Shown: positions 8,846 to 17,575, counted from the first letter of the stretch. The stretch: DNA of 64,000 bases from an uncultured bacterium (GCA_905479655.1 CAJQNK010000005.1:9544-73543), one strand, 5' to 3'. Notes: a model not told the origin generated them from the letters alone. A program made the numbers and translations.

Positions 8846-11800
8846 CTACTCCGCCCTACCCTCGACATCCCCGAGGATCCGGTCCTCCGCGACCCGCGCC
8901 AGGTCGCCCAGGATCGGGTGGGAGAACATCGTCTCCAGCGGCAGGTCGATGTCGAACTCGCGGCACAGGCCGAGCATCACCTCCATCGCCGCCAGCGAGG
9001 TGCCCCCGAGCCCGAAGAAGTCGTCGGCCATGCCGATGGGCTCCACGGTCAGCTCCCGGCCCCAGGCGCCGGCCAGGTACTCCGCCACCGGGCCCTCGGG
9101 GGCGCGGTACGGCCGGCGGTCGGTCGGGCCGGAGGTCGAAAGCGACAGGGCTGCCTCGTCGACCTTGCCGCTCCGGGTCAGGGGGATCGAGTCGACCCGC
9201 CGCAGCCGGGCGGGCACGACGGGCGCCGGGAGGAGCCGGCCGAGCCGCCGCCGGAGCTCGTCCTCGTCGAGCTCCCGAGAGGCGACGTAGAAGGCGTCCA
9301 GGGTCGTGCGGTCGAGGTCGTCGCCGCTCCGCTCCTCGTCGTAGCCGATCACCGCGAGGTTCTCCCGCACCTCCTCCTCGTCGATGTCGTCGTCGAGCTC
9401 CGCCAGCGCCTCCTCCCGGGTCTTATGGCCCAGACGGACGTCCCAGCTGTACGGCAGGGCGTAGTTGTGGAAGCCCCGCTCCCTCTTGTGGACCCAGATG
9501 CCCGTGTCGTTGATCCGGCAGTTGGTCGACCGGCCCGTGTCCGCCGGGCGCACCCAGGGGACCCTCTCCCGCAGGGTGGCGTAGAGCTCGTCCATGCCGA
9601 CGTCGCAGTAGCGGTAGAAGTCGACGAACCGGATCTCCTCGAAGATCCGATCGTCGCGGAAGATCTCGACGTCCAGGGAGCGGGAGACCTCGTCGGGCAG
9701 CCGGTGGTAGACCTTGCGGGCGGCCAGCACCGCGGCGTCGATCTCGTCGGCGCCGCGCCGGCCGTCGCGGAACATCTCCTCGGTCAGCCGGGTCTCGAAC
9801 ATCTGGCCGCGGGAGAGGCCGGTGACGATGATCGGGATGCCGAGCTGCCGCGCCCGGTGCACGCTCAGGGTGTAGATCGTCTTGAAGCAACCGTTGCAGA
9901 CGTTGGAGAAGCGCGCGAGGCTGTCGCGGAAGATGGCGTTCATGGCCGGTGTCGTGGCGAGCTCCACGGGCACGTCGAGCTCCGAGGTGACGCGGCGGAT
10001 GTTCCGCTTCGCGCTCTCCGAGATGAAGCCGTTGTCCAGCGTGAAGGCGTAGACCGAGAGGCCCATCTCGACCAGTCGGCACAGGGCGTAGGTGCTGTCC
10101 TTGCCGCCGCTGTAGAGCATGAGGCAGTCGACCTCCGGGCGGTGCTCCCGGGCGGACTCCTCGAACAGCGACCGCAGGTCGTCCAGGGTCCGGAAGTACG
10201 CCTGCGCGTGGTCCTTGATCGTGTCGTAGGAGCGGCAGACGGCGCACACGCCCTCCCCGTCGAGGCGCGCCCGCGGGTGGTTCGAGGGCAGGGCGCAGCG
10301 GAGGCACCGGCGGATCGCCTCGCCGGTCTCTGCGGGCGGCGCCGCCCGCCGCCGGTGGGAGATCACGGCGCACTGCTCGACACCGGGGAGCGAGAGCAGG
10401 GCGGCCTCGACCTCTCCGGGCTCGACGCGGAAGCCCGAGATCTTGAGCTGGCGGTCGAGCCGCCCCAGGAACTCGAGCTCGCCCCGCTCGGTCATCCGCA
10501 CCCGGTCGCCGGTGCGGTAGCGCAGCGCTCCCGGCGTCGTCGGGTCGGGGAGGAAGCGCTCGGCGGTGAGCGCCTCGAGGCCGTGGTAGCCGCGGGCGAG
10601 GCCGAAGCGGGAGATCCACAGCTCGCCCGGCACCCCCGTCGGCACCGGAGCGAGCGCCTCGTTCAGGACCGCGACCCGCACGTGGTCGGCGGGGAGCCCG
10701 ATGGGCACGCTGGCGGCCGTGTCCCGGGCCGGGTCGTAGCGGTGCGCCACGCAGCCGACCACCGCCTCGGTCGGGCCGTACTCGTTGTGGAGCTCGAGAC
10801 GGTGGTGGAGCTGCTCGCTGACGGCCGCGGCCAGGGAGGTCTTGAGATCCTCGCCGCCCACGACCATGCGGCGGATCCGCGATCCCTCGAGGCCGATCCG
10901 TCGCAGCAGCGAGAGGTGGGAGGGGGTGAGCTTGACGAGATCGACCGCGTTGTCGCGCGCCACGTCCAGGACGGCGGTGTCGGCGGCGTCGTCGGGCTCC
11001 GGGTAGACCACCAGGGTGCCGCCCGTCGTCAGCGGCAGGAGGAGGCTCGTGACGGTGAGGTCGAACGCCGGCGAGGTGAAGAGGGGAAACACGAGACGGT
11101 CGCCGCGCACGTACCGGCGGGAGGCCCACTCCAGGTAGTCCGCGAGCCCGCCGTGCTCGACGAGGACCCCCTTCGGCTGTCCCGTCGAGCCGGAGGTGTA
11201 GATCAGGTAGGCGAGGTCGCGCAGGTTCGGGGTCGGCCGGTCGAACGGGAGGGTCCGCCCGGCCGCGACGAGGTCGGCGATGGAGACGACCTCCACGCCC
11301 GGCGGTGCGGCCGAGGCCTCCGCGCCGGGGCCGGCTAGCAGGAGGCGGGCGCCGGAGTCCGCGAGGGTCCGGTCTCTCCGCGCCGCCGGCACGGGGTGGC
11401 CCAGGGGCACGAAGGCGGCCCGCGCCGCGAGGGCCCCCAGCACGGCGACGACCGTGGAGATGGACCGCCTGCCGGCGATCGCCACCCGGTCCCCCGGCTG
11501 GACGCCCCGCGCCACGAGGGCCGCGGCCAGAGCCCGGGAGCGGAGCCGGAGCTCGCCGAACGACACCTCCCGCGCCCCCTCCCGCAGAGCGATCCGGTCG
11601 GGCTCCGCCGCGGCCCGCTCCGCGAAACGCTCGACCACCGACCGGGTCGGCAACGGCCCGGAGTCCGAGGCGTCGAGCCTGGCCAGGACCCGCCGGTCGG
11701 AGCCCGCCAGGAGGTCGACCTCGGCCACCGGTCGGTCGGGGTCGTCGAGGAGGGCCTCGAGGAGCCTCTCGAAGTGCTCGAGGGCTCGTCGTTGGAGGGG

Positions 11801-13078
11801 CTCCGGCAGCGCGCGGTCGTTGAAGTCGAAGTGCAGCGTGGTGCGGCCGGAGCCCGCGAAGTCGTGGACCTGGAGCCGGAGGGCGTGCACGCTGTCGCCG
11901 TGGCCCGGGTGGATCCACTCCACCTCGGTGGGAAGTCCGGCGAAGTCGCCGAAGGCCCCCGGGAAGTAGTTCAGCACCACGTTGCCGGCCGCCGCGCCGG
12001 AGGGGGCGCTCGTGCCGGGGAGCGCGTGGCGGAGGAGCCCCTTGGCCTCCTCCAGGCACTTCGCGCCGAGCGAGCGCAGGGTCTCCCCGGCCTCGATCGT
12101 GACGACGAACGGGAACATCTCGATGAACAGCCCGAGAGCCTCCTTGGCCTCCGCGCCGGGGCGTCCGGCCACCGGGGTGTCGAAGCCCAGCTCGGAGGCG
12201 CCGCTGACCCGGTGGAGCCAGCTCACGAGGAGGGCCGCGAAGAGCGCGAACCGCGACAGCTCCGGGGAGAGACTCAGGAGTCCCTCGCCCGCGGCGAGCC
12301 GTTCCACCGCGCGAGATCGCTCCTCGTCCAGCTCGAGGGTCCGACGGCTGCTCCGGGTGTCGGTGCCCTGCCTGCCGGCGGGCCCGGCCCCACGGCCGTA
12401 GAGCGAGACCCGGGAGGCGCGGGGTCGCCGGGCTTCCCAATGTTCCCGGGCCTCCCAGTGTTCCTGGGACTCGGCACGACCCCGAGGATCGGCCGCCAGG
12501 GCCGCCGCGGTCGGGTAGTACGCGGGCAGCGGCGCCGCGTCGCCGGGCTCGCCCCTCCGCAGCGCCTCGTACTCGACGCCGACCCGCCGGTAGAGGAGCT
12601 GGGTCGACCAGGCGTCGGTCACCAGGTGGTGCTGCCCCAGGTACCAGCCCGTGCGCCCCGGACCGAGCCGGAGCAGGACGCTGTCGACGAGGTCCCCGTC
12701 GAGGGGCAGAGGGCGGGCGCAGCGCTCGAGCGACCAGCGTCGCAACGCCGTCCGCGGGTCGGGCCGCGCGCCGAGGTCGACGACCGTGGTCGCGGGGGCG
12801 TGGGGCGCCAGGATCAGCCGGTCGCCACCCTCGGTGGCCACGACCCGGGTCCTGAGGGCGTCGCTGGCGTCGGCGACACGGCGCCACGCCTCCTGGAAGA
12901 GGTCGGCGCGGATCGCCCCCGGGAACAGGAAGGCGAAGGCCATCGTGTAGAGCGGACTCTCCGGGTGCAGTCGCTGGCCGAGCCAGATCGGTCTCTGGGC
13001 GTGGGTGAGCCCGAGCTCCCCCCCGTGAACCCGCGTCGCTCCCGGCGGGGAGACGGGTCGCTCCTGCCGGGTCGTCAA
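8846..13078 (-). CDS. NRPS module C-A-PCP. The A domain is interrupted between A8 and A10 by a roughly 300-aa PP-loop ATPase (AANH superfamily) domain that resembles TtcA/TtuA.
   Basis: The C domain has LGQHHLVTDAWS. The A domain has LIYTSGSTGQPKG, NEYGPTE, YRTGDRV and FLGRLDRQLKISGFRVEPGEVE. The insert follows, with CLRCALPSN...CAVCRSYD, LYSGGKDSTYAL, NVCNGCFK and STNCRI. The A domain resumes with LTRSGKVD (A10). The PCP motif is FFGLGGTSL. Confidence 0.85.
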   Translation of the reverse strand: MTTRQERPVSPPGATRVHGGELGLTHAQRPIWLGQRLHPESPLYTMAFAFLFPGAIRADLFQEAWRRVADASDALRTRVVATEGGDRLILAPHAPATTVVDLGARPDPRTALRRWSLERCARPLPLDGDLVDSVLLRLGPGRTGWYLGQHHLVTDAWSTQLLYRRVGVEYEALRRGEPGDAAPLPAYYPTAAALAADPRGRAESQEHWEAREHWEARRPRASRVSLYGRGAGPAGRQGTDTRSSRRTLELDEERSRAVERLAAGEGLLSLSPELSRFALFAALLVSWLHRVSGASELGFDTPVAGRPGAEAKEALGLFIEMFPFVVTIEAGETLRSLGAKCLEEAKGLLRHALPGTSAPSGAAAGNVVLNYFPGAFGDFAGLPTEVEWIHPGHGDSVHALRLQVHDFAGSGRTTLHFDFNDRALPEPLQRRALEHFERLLEALLDDPDRPVAEVDLLAGSDRRVLARLDASDSGPLPTRSVVERFAERAAAEPDRIALREGAREVSFGELRLRSRALAAALVARGVQPGDRVAIAGRRSISTVVAVLGALAARAAFVPLGHPVPAARRDRTLADSGARLLLAGPGAEASAAPPGVEVVSIADLVAAGRTLPFDRPTPNLRDLAYLIYTSGSTGQPKGVLVEHGGLADYLEWASRRYVRGDRLVFPLFTSPAFDLTVTSLLLPLTTGGTLVVYPEPDDAADTAVLDVARDNAVDLVKLTPSHLSLLRRIGLEGSRIRRMVVGGEDLKTSLAAAVSEQLHHRLELHNEYGPTEAVVGCVAHRYDPARDTAASVPIGLPADHVRVAVLNEALAPVPTGVPGELWISRFGLARGYHGLEALTAERFLPDPTTPGALRYRTGDRVRMTERGELEFLGRLDRQLKISGFRVEPGEVEAALLSLPGVEQCAVISHRRRAAPPAETGEAIRRCLRCALPSNHPRARLDGEGVCAVCRSYDTIKDHAQAYFRTLDDLRSLFEESAREHRPEVDCLMLYSGGKDSTYALCRLVEMGLSVYAFTLDNGFISESAKRNIRRVTSELDVPVELATTPAMNAIFRDSLARFSNVCNGCFKTIYTLSVHRARQLGIPIIVTGLSRGQMFETRLTEEMFRDGRRGADEIDAAVLAARKVYHRLPDEVSRSLDVEIFRDDRIFEEIRFVDFYRYCDVGMDELYATLRERVPWVRPADTGRSTNCRINDTGIWVHKRERGFHNYALPYSWDVRLGHKTREEALAELDDDIDEEEVRENLAVIGYDEERSGDDLDRTTLDAFYVASRELDEDELRRRLGRLLPAPVVPARLRRVDSIPLTRSGKVDEAALSLSTSGPTDRRPYRAPEGPVAEYLAGAWGRELTVEPIGMADDFFGLGGTSLAAMEVMLGLCREFDIDLPLETMFSHPILGDLARVAEDRILGDVEGRAE

Positions 13079-13091
13079 GGGTCGGGATCTC

Positions 13092-13424
13092 TCATCGTCG
13101 GCGCGCCCGCAGCACGAAGTCGGCGAGGGCCACGGCCGTGCGGAAGTTCTCGACCACGAAGTCCGCGGGCCGGATCTCGATGTCGAACTCCTCCGCGGCG
13201 AAGGTGCCGAGCCGCAGGGCGGCGACCGAATCGAGGAGGTCGGAGAGCAGGTCGTCCTCGCGCCCCACCGTCGTCCCCGAGGTCACCAGCTCGTCGCGGA
13301 CGAAGGCGAGGATCCGCCGTTCGACCTCCGCCGTTCCCGGATCCGCCGTTCCCGGATCGGGCGTCCCCGGGTCGGAGGTTGCCGGAGCGGGCGTCCCCGG
13401 ATCGGCCTTCATGTCAGTGGGCAT
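13092..13424 (-). CDS. Standalone peptidyl/acyl carrier protein
   Basis: The phosphopantetheine-site-like motif is LLDSVAALRL. The N-terminus holds low-complexity DPGT repeats. An alternative start is the ATG at 13412. Confidence 0.6.
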   Translation of the reverse strand: MPTDMKADPGTPAPATSDPGTPDPGTADPGTAEVERRILAFVRDELVTSGTTVGREDDLLSDLLDSVAALRLGTFAAEEFDIEIRPADFVVENFRTAVALADFVLRARRR

Positions 13425-14997
13425 GATGGGTCTCCTCGGGGAGGAGGCGGAAGCGCAGGGCGGTGCGGTCCACCTTCCCGGTGGGCGTTCTCGGCAGGGA
13501 GGGGAGGATCACGACCTCGGCCGGGACGGCGTAGGTCGGGAGGAGCCCGGCGAGGTCGTCCAGGATCTTCCGGGGAGAGGCCGCGGGGTCGTCCGTGACC
13601 ACCACCGCGTGGATCACGGAGCTCCCCTCGCCGTCCGGCAGGGCGATGGCGGCGGCCTCCTCGATCGGATCGAGGGAGCGCAGGGCTCTCTCGACGCCCT
13701 CGAGCTCGACGCGGTGACCCCTGACCTTGACCTGGAGGTCGGCCCGGGTCACGAAGGCGAGATTCCCGTCGTCGAGGCGGCGAACCCGGTCGCCGGTCCG
13801 GAAGTAGAGGTCGTCGAAGCCGCCGGCCGTCGGCCGCCGGACCAGCGCCCGACGGTTGGCCGCCGGGTCGCCCCAGTAGCCGGCCATGACGGTCGAGCCG
13901 CGGACCAGCAGCTCCCCGGTCTCCCCGTCCGGCAGCGGCTCCAGGTCGTCGCCCACGACGAGCGTGGCCGACGTCGAGCAGGCCGTGCCGATCGGCAGCG
14001 GCTCGGCGGGCTCGACCCCCTCCGGCAGGTGGTAGCGGGTGCAGACGTTGACCTCCGTCGAGCCGTACACGTGGCTGAACCGGGCCGCGGGGAGCTGGCG
14101 CCGGAGTCGCGCCAGGTGCTTCGCGGGGAACGTCTCGCCGGCGAAGAGCACCCAGCGCAGAGAGCTCAGGTCCCCATCCTCCAGGCCGCCGCGCAGGGAG
14201 AGGTGGACGAGGGCCGTGGGCACGGAGTACCAGACGGTGACGCGCTCCCGCTCGAGCAGGGCCGCGAGGGAGGCGGGCATCTTCAGCGTCGCGGGTGTCG
14301 GCACGACGGTCGCCGCCCCGGCGCGCGCGGCGGCGTAGAAGTCGAAGGTCGCGAAACAGGTGTGGTGCGAGGAGTGGTTGCTGAGGCGGTCGTCGGGCCG
14401 CAACGAGTACTCGTCCGCCGCCCAGTCGGCGAAGGCCAGCGCGCTGCGGTGGGTGTGGAGGATGAGCTTTGGGGTTCCGGTCGAGCCGGACGTGTGGAGG
14501 ATGTAAGCCGGGTCGAGGTCGATCGTCCCGGTCTCCGGCGGCCGGTCGGTGGCCTGCTCGGAGACCGACGACCACGGGATCGGGCGGAGAGGCAGGTCGT
14601 CCGCTTCCTCCAGGCCGACGACGCTGGAGATCTCCGGGCAACTCGCGAGCGTCTCCCGCACCGCGTCCCGCCGGCCGGGCTCGGTCACGAGATGCCGGGC
14701 GCCGGTGGCGCGCAGGATGCGCACGATCTGGTCGACCGGCGAGCCCGGGTCGATCGGCACCAGGGCGCCGCCCGAGGCGAGGGCGCCGTGGAAGGCGACG
14801 GGCACGTCGAGACCCTTGCCGAGCAGGACCGCCACGCGGTCCCGGGGTTCGAGACCGGCTCCGAGCAGCACCCGCGCCAGGCCGTGGCTCCGGCGGGCCA
14901 GCTCCCCGTAGCTCAGGGTCTCCCCGTCGCAGCGCACCGCCGGCGCCTCGGGACGGCGCATCGCCGCCTCGTCGACCAGGCGGCTCAGCAGGGTCAC
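13414..14997 (-). CDS. Standalone adenylation (AMP-binding) enzyme that loads a free-standing carrier protein
   Basis: Motifs are YILHTSGSTGTPK, YGSTE, YFRTGD, VKVRGHRVELEGVE and LPRTPTGKVDR. There is no C or PCP domain. Start assigned to GTG 14997, which forms a GTGA overlap with the upstream gene stop. Confidence 0.8.
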   Translation of the reverse strand: MTLLSRLVDEAAMRRPEAPAVRCDGETLSYGELARRSHGLARVLLGAGLEPRDRVAVLLGKGLDVPVAFHGALASGGALVPIDPGSPVDQIVRILRATGARHLVTEPGRRDAVRETLASCPEISSVVGLEEADDLPLRPIPWSSVSEQATDRPPETGTIDLDPAYILHTSGSTGTPKLILHTHRSALAFADWAADEYSLRPDDRLSNHSSHHTCFATFDFYAAARAGAATVVPTPATLKMPASLAALLERERVTVWYSVPTALVHLSLRGGLEDGDLSSLRWVLFAGETFPAKHLARLRRQLPAARFSHVYGSTEVNVCTRYHLPEGVEPAEPLPIGTACSTSATLVVGDDLEPLPDGETGELLVRGSTVMAGYWGDPAANRRALVRRPTAGGFDDLYFRTGDRVRRLDDGNLAFVTRADLQVKVRGHRVELEGVERALRSLDPIEEAAAIALPDGEGSSVIHAVVVTDDPAASPRKILDDLAGLLPTYAVPAEVVILPSLPRTPTGKVDRTALRFRLLPEETHHAH

Positions 14998-16211
14998 GGG
15001 ATCACCTTCTGCACGGCCGGAGGCAGGAGCTCGCGCAGGGGCACGTCGACGTCGAAGCCCCGCTCGACGACCCAGATGCCGGAGATCACCGCGAGTCCCA
15101 CGGCCGCTACGGGCAGGGCGATCCGCCGGTAGAGGCCCAGCCGGCGGACGAGGAAGAGCACGGGGAAGAGGACGATCGCGATCGCGGTCTGCCCCGCCTC
15201 CACGCCGAGGACGAAGGCGACCACGGAGAGGCCGAGGTGCTCGTCGAGCACGCCGAGTTGCACCAGCGAGCCGGCGAAGCCGAGCCCGTGGAACAGTCCG
15301 AGGACGAAGACGATCGCCAGGATCCGGCCCCGCGTCAGCGTCTTCCCGAGGGGAACCAGGAGGTGGATCGCAGCCAGTGTGATGGAGGCCGCGATCACCG
15401 TCTCCACGAGCGCCTCGGGGAGGCTCGCGAGGCCCAGCGCGGCTAGGAGGAGCGCCACCAGGTGGGCCGCGACCAGGGTGGCGACGACGGTCACCACGTT
15501 GCGCAGCGCCGAGCCCAGGCCGTCGAGGGGTAGCCACCGGCCGTCCTCGCGGCGCAACGCCGCGGGCAGCAGCAGCGCGACCAGGAAGAAGATGTGGTCC
15601 AGGCCCAGGAGCATGTGCTCGGCCCCCAGGCGGACGAGCGCCAGGAAGCCGCTCAGGCGTCCGGAGGAGGTCAGGTCGAGCTCCTGTCGGCGCGAGCTCG
15701 GGCCGAACACCAGCGAGAACTGGTTCTCGTTGGCGAACGTCCCCGTCGCCCAGTTGTGCTCGACGAGCAGGAAGCCCCGGTGGCTGGGCTCCTCGTCGAG
15801 CAGCACCGAGTACTCGAAGGTCAGGGTGCCGGGGACGCCGTCGAGCCCCGGGAGCTCGAACGGCAGTTGCACGAAGCCGCCCCGCGCGTTCAGGAGGTGA
15901 TGCGGCCCGAAGTCGATCTCGAGCGGGCCGCGCGGGCCGGTGATCGTGACGTGGCTCCGGTAGTACCCCTGCAAGAAGTCGATCCGCTCGTCGAGGTTCT
16001 CGGCCGTGATCCCGTCCTCGGTGCCGGCGATTCCCAGGCCGTGGTTGAGATCGGCCAGCGCGATCTCGAAGCGCCCGGCGACCGAGTCCTCGTAGATCTG
16101 AAGGTAGAGGTAGCTGTCGCCCAGGGTGTGCGCCCGGGCCCCCGCCGTGCCCAGCAGCCCGAGGGCCAGCAGCAGAAGGCCGCGCGCGGCCCTCGGGAAG
16201 AGCCGGGTCAT
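14994..16211 (-). CDS. HupE/UreJ_2-family membrane protein (metal-transporter-like). It has a signal peptide and an N-terminal periplasmic domain.
   Basis: The signal peptide is MTRLFPRAARGLLLLALGLLGTAGARA. The conserved HupE/UreJ motifs are LGLDHIFFLVALL and LGLFHGLGFAGS. A possible upstream start lies at 16271; it overlaps the ACAD stop as ATGA and adds MIGTGMMRTGMIRTGIMRTG. Confidence 0.65.
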   Translation of the reverse strand: MTRLFPRAARGLLLLALGLLGTAGARAHTLGDSYLYLQIYEDSVAGRFEIALADLNHGLGIAGTEDGITAENLDERIDFLQGYYRSHVTITGPRGPLEIDFGPHHLLNARGGFVQLPFELPGLDGVPGTLTFEYSVLLDEEPSHRGFLLVEHNWATGTFANENQFSLVFGPSSRRQELDLTSSGRLSGFLALVRLGAEHMLLGLDHIFFLVALLLPAALRREDGRWLPLDGLGSALRNVVTVVATLVAAHLVALLLAALGLASLPEALVETVIAASITLAAIHLLVPLGKTLTRGRILAIVFVLGLFHGLGFAGSLVQLGVLDEHLGLSVVAFVLGVEAGQTAIAIVLFPVLFLVRRLGLYRRIALPVAAVGLAVISGIWVVERGFDVDVPLRELLPPAVQKVIP

Positions 16212-16280
16212 CCCGGTCCGCATGATCCCAGTCCGAATCATCCCAGTTCGCATCATCCCCGTCCCGATCATCCCAGTCCT
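16209..16280. repeat. Roughly 15-bp tandem repeat x about 5 (CATCATCCCNGTYCG-like). It spans the ACAD stop and the start region of the HupE-like gene.
   Basis: The sequence reads catcccggtccg catgatcccagtccg aatcatcccagttcg catcatccccgtcccg atcatcccagtcc. It encodes M-x-R-T-G repeats in the HupE-gene frame, each unit providing an in-frame ATG. Confidence 0.6.
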
Positions 16281-17413
16281 CGCAGCCCGGCGATCAGGTT
16301 CCGCTGGACCTCCGACGTACCCACGTAGAGCGGGGTGGCGAGGGCGTCGCGCAGCTCCCTCTCCAGCTCGTAGTCGACCATGTAGCCGTAGCCTCCGAAG
16401 ATCTGGATGGCGCTCCGGCACGCCTCGACGTAGGCCTCGCTGACCGCCAGCTTGGCGAGGGCCGAGTCGCGGACGGCCGTGCCGCGACGCATCCGGGTGC
16501 AGGCCGCCCGATAGAGCAGGAGGCGGGACGCCTCCAACGACAGCTCCATGTCGGCGATGCGGTGGGAGATGGCCTGGTGCTTCCCGATCGGCACCGAACC
16601 GGCGGTCCGCTCCCTCGCGTGGGTCACGCAGCGCTCGAGGAGCCGCTCCATGACACCGAGAGCCGGGGCCATGACCAGCAGCCGTTCCACGTCCATCGTC
16701 TGGTTGAAGATCATCGCGCCCGAGCTCACCGAGCCGACCACCGCGGATCCGGGGAGTCGGCACTCGTCGAGGTGGATCTGCGCCATCGGGCTCGTGCGCA
16801 GGCCCATCTTCTCCATCGGGGGTCCGACGGTCAGGCCCTCGGTGTCCCGCGGCAGCAGGAAACAGGTGACGCCGGCGAACCCCGCGCCGTCGGTCCGGGC
16901 GTAGATCACGAACAGCTCGGCGACGGGGGCGTTGGTCACGAAGGTCTTGGAGCCGGTCAGGATCCACTGGTCGCCGCTGGGCTCGGCGGTGGTCCGGAGG
17001 GCCAGGGCGTTCGACCCCGAGTCCGGCTCCGTCATGCCGGTGGCTCCGATGACGGAACCGTCGGCGAGGCGCGGCAGCCACTCCGCCTTCTGCTCCTCGG
17101 TGCCGAAGGCCGCCAGGGGCCCCTCGCACGAGGCCGCGTGGGCGGCGACCGAGAAGACCAGGCCGTTGTCGCGGGCGCCGTAGCCGATCCCCTCCAGGAT
17201 CGCCACGGCGGACAGCAGGTCGTGGCCCCCTCCGCCCCACTCCCTCGGCGCGAGCATCCCCTGGAGCCCGAACTCGGCACACGCGTCCCAGAGGGCGCGA
17301 GGGAACGAGCCCGCGCGATCGCGCTCGGTCACGCCGTCCGCCAGCACCCGGGACGCGAACTCGACGGCGCTCCGCCGTAGGTCGCGATGGTCGTCTGTCC
17401 AGTCGAAGTCCAT
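16268..17413 (-). CDS. Acyl-CoA dehydrogenase-family flavoprotein (likely an aminoacyl-S-carrier-protein dehydrogenase)
   Basis: The ACAD fold is full length. It contains GMTEPDSGSN, the FAD region IFGGYGY and a conserved C-terminus. It is operon-linked to the standalone A and PCP genes. Confidence 0.85.
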   Translation of the reverse strand: MDFDWTDDHRDLRRSAVEFASRVLADGVTERDRAGSFPRALWDACAEFGLQGMLAPREWGGGGHDLLSAVAILEGIGYGARDNGLVFSVAAHAASCEGPLAAFGTEEQKAEWLPRLADGSVIGATGMTEPDSGSNALALRTTAEPSGDQWILTGSKTFVTNAPVAELFVIYARTDGAGFAGVTCFLLPRDTEGLTVGPPMEKMGLRTSPMAQIHLDECRLPGSAVVGSVSSGAMIFNQTMDVERLLVMAPALGVMERLLERCVTHARERTAGSVPIGKHQAISHRIADMELSLEASRLLLYRAACTRMRRGTAVRDSALAKLAVSEAYVEACRSAIQIFGGYGYMVDYELERELRDALATPLYVGTSEVQRNLIAGLRGLG

Positions 17414-17575
17414 GGAGTCTCGATACGACAGCTGGGAGGGGGAGAAGAGGAAGAACGGCCCGGGACGGGCTGGGGGTCCATCCTAGCTCGCACGGGAGGG
17501 CAGCCTCCGGGGATCCTGGACGCGCGCGACCCGGCGGAGTGCCGCGCGACCGCCCTCTTCCGATAGCCTCGGACG

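Noticed and set aside
9423-12887. A 1154-aa same-strand alternative-frame ORF inside the second NRPS, plus the plus-strand ORFs at 8843-11338 and 11396-13426
   Set aside because: These are frame artefacts. Only the 8846-13078 frame yields the NRPS core motifs.
13414-17413. Calling the standalone A enzyme proline-specific, that is a definite pyrrole pathway
   Set aside because: The residues after the FD anchor (TFDFYAAA) do not obviously give the Pro-type DVQ… code by eye. The pyrrole assignment is left as a hypothesis pending proper specificity-code extraction.
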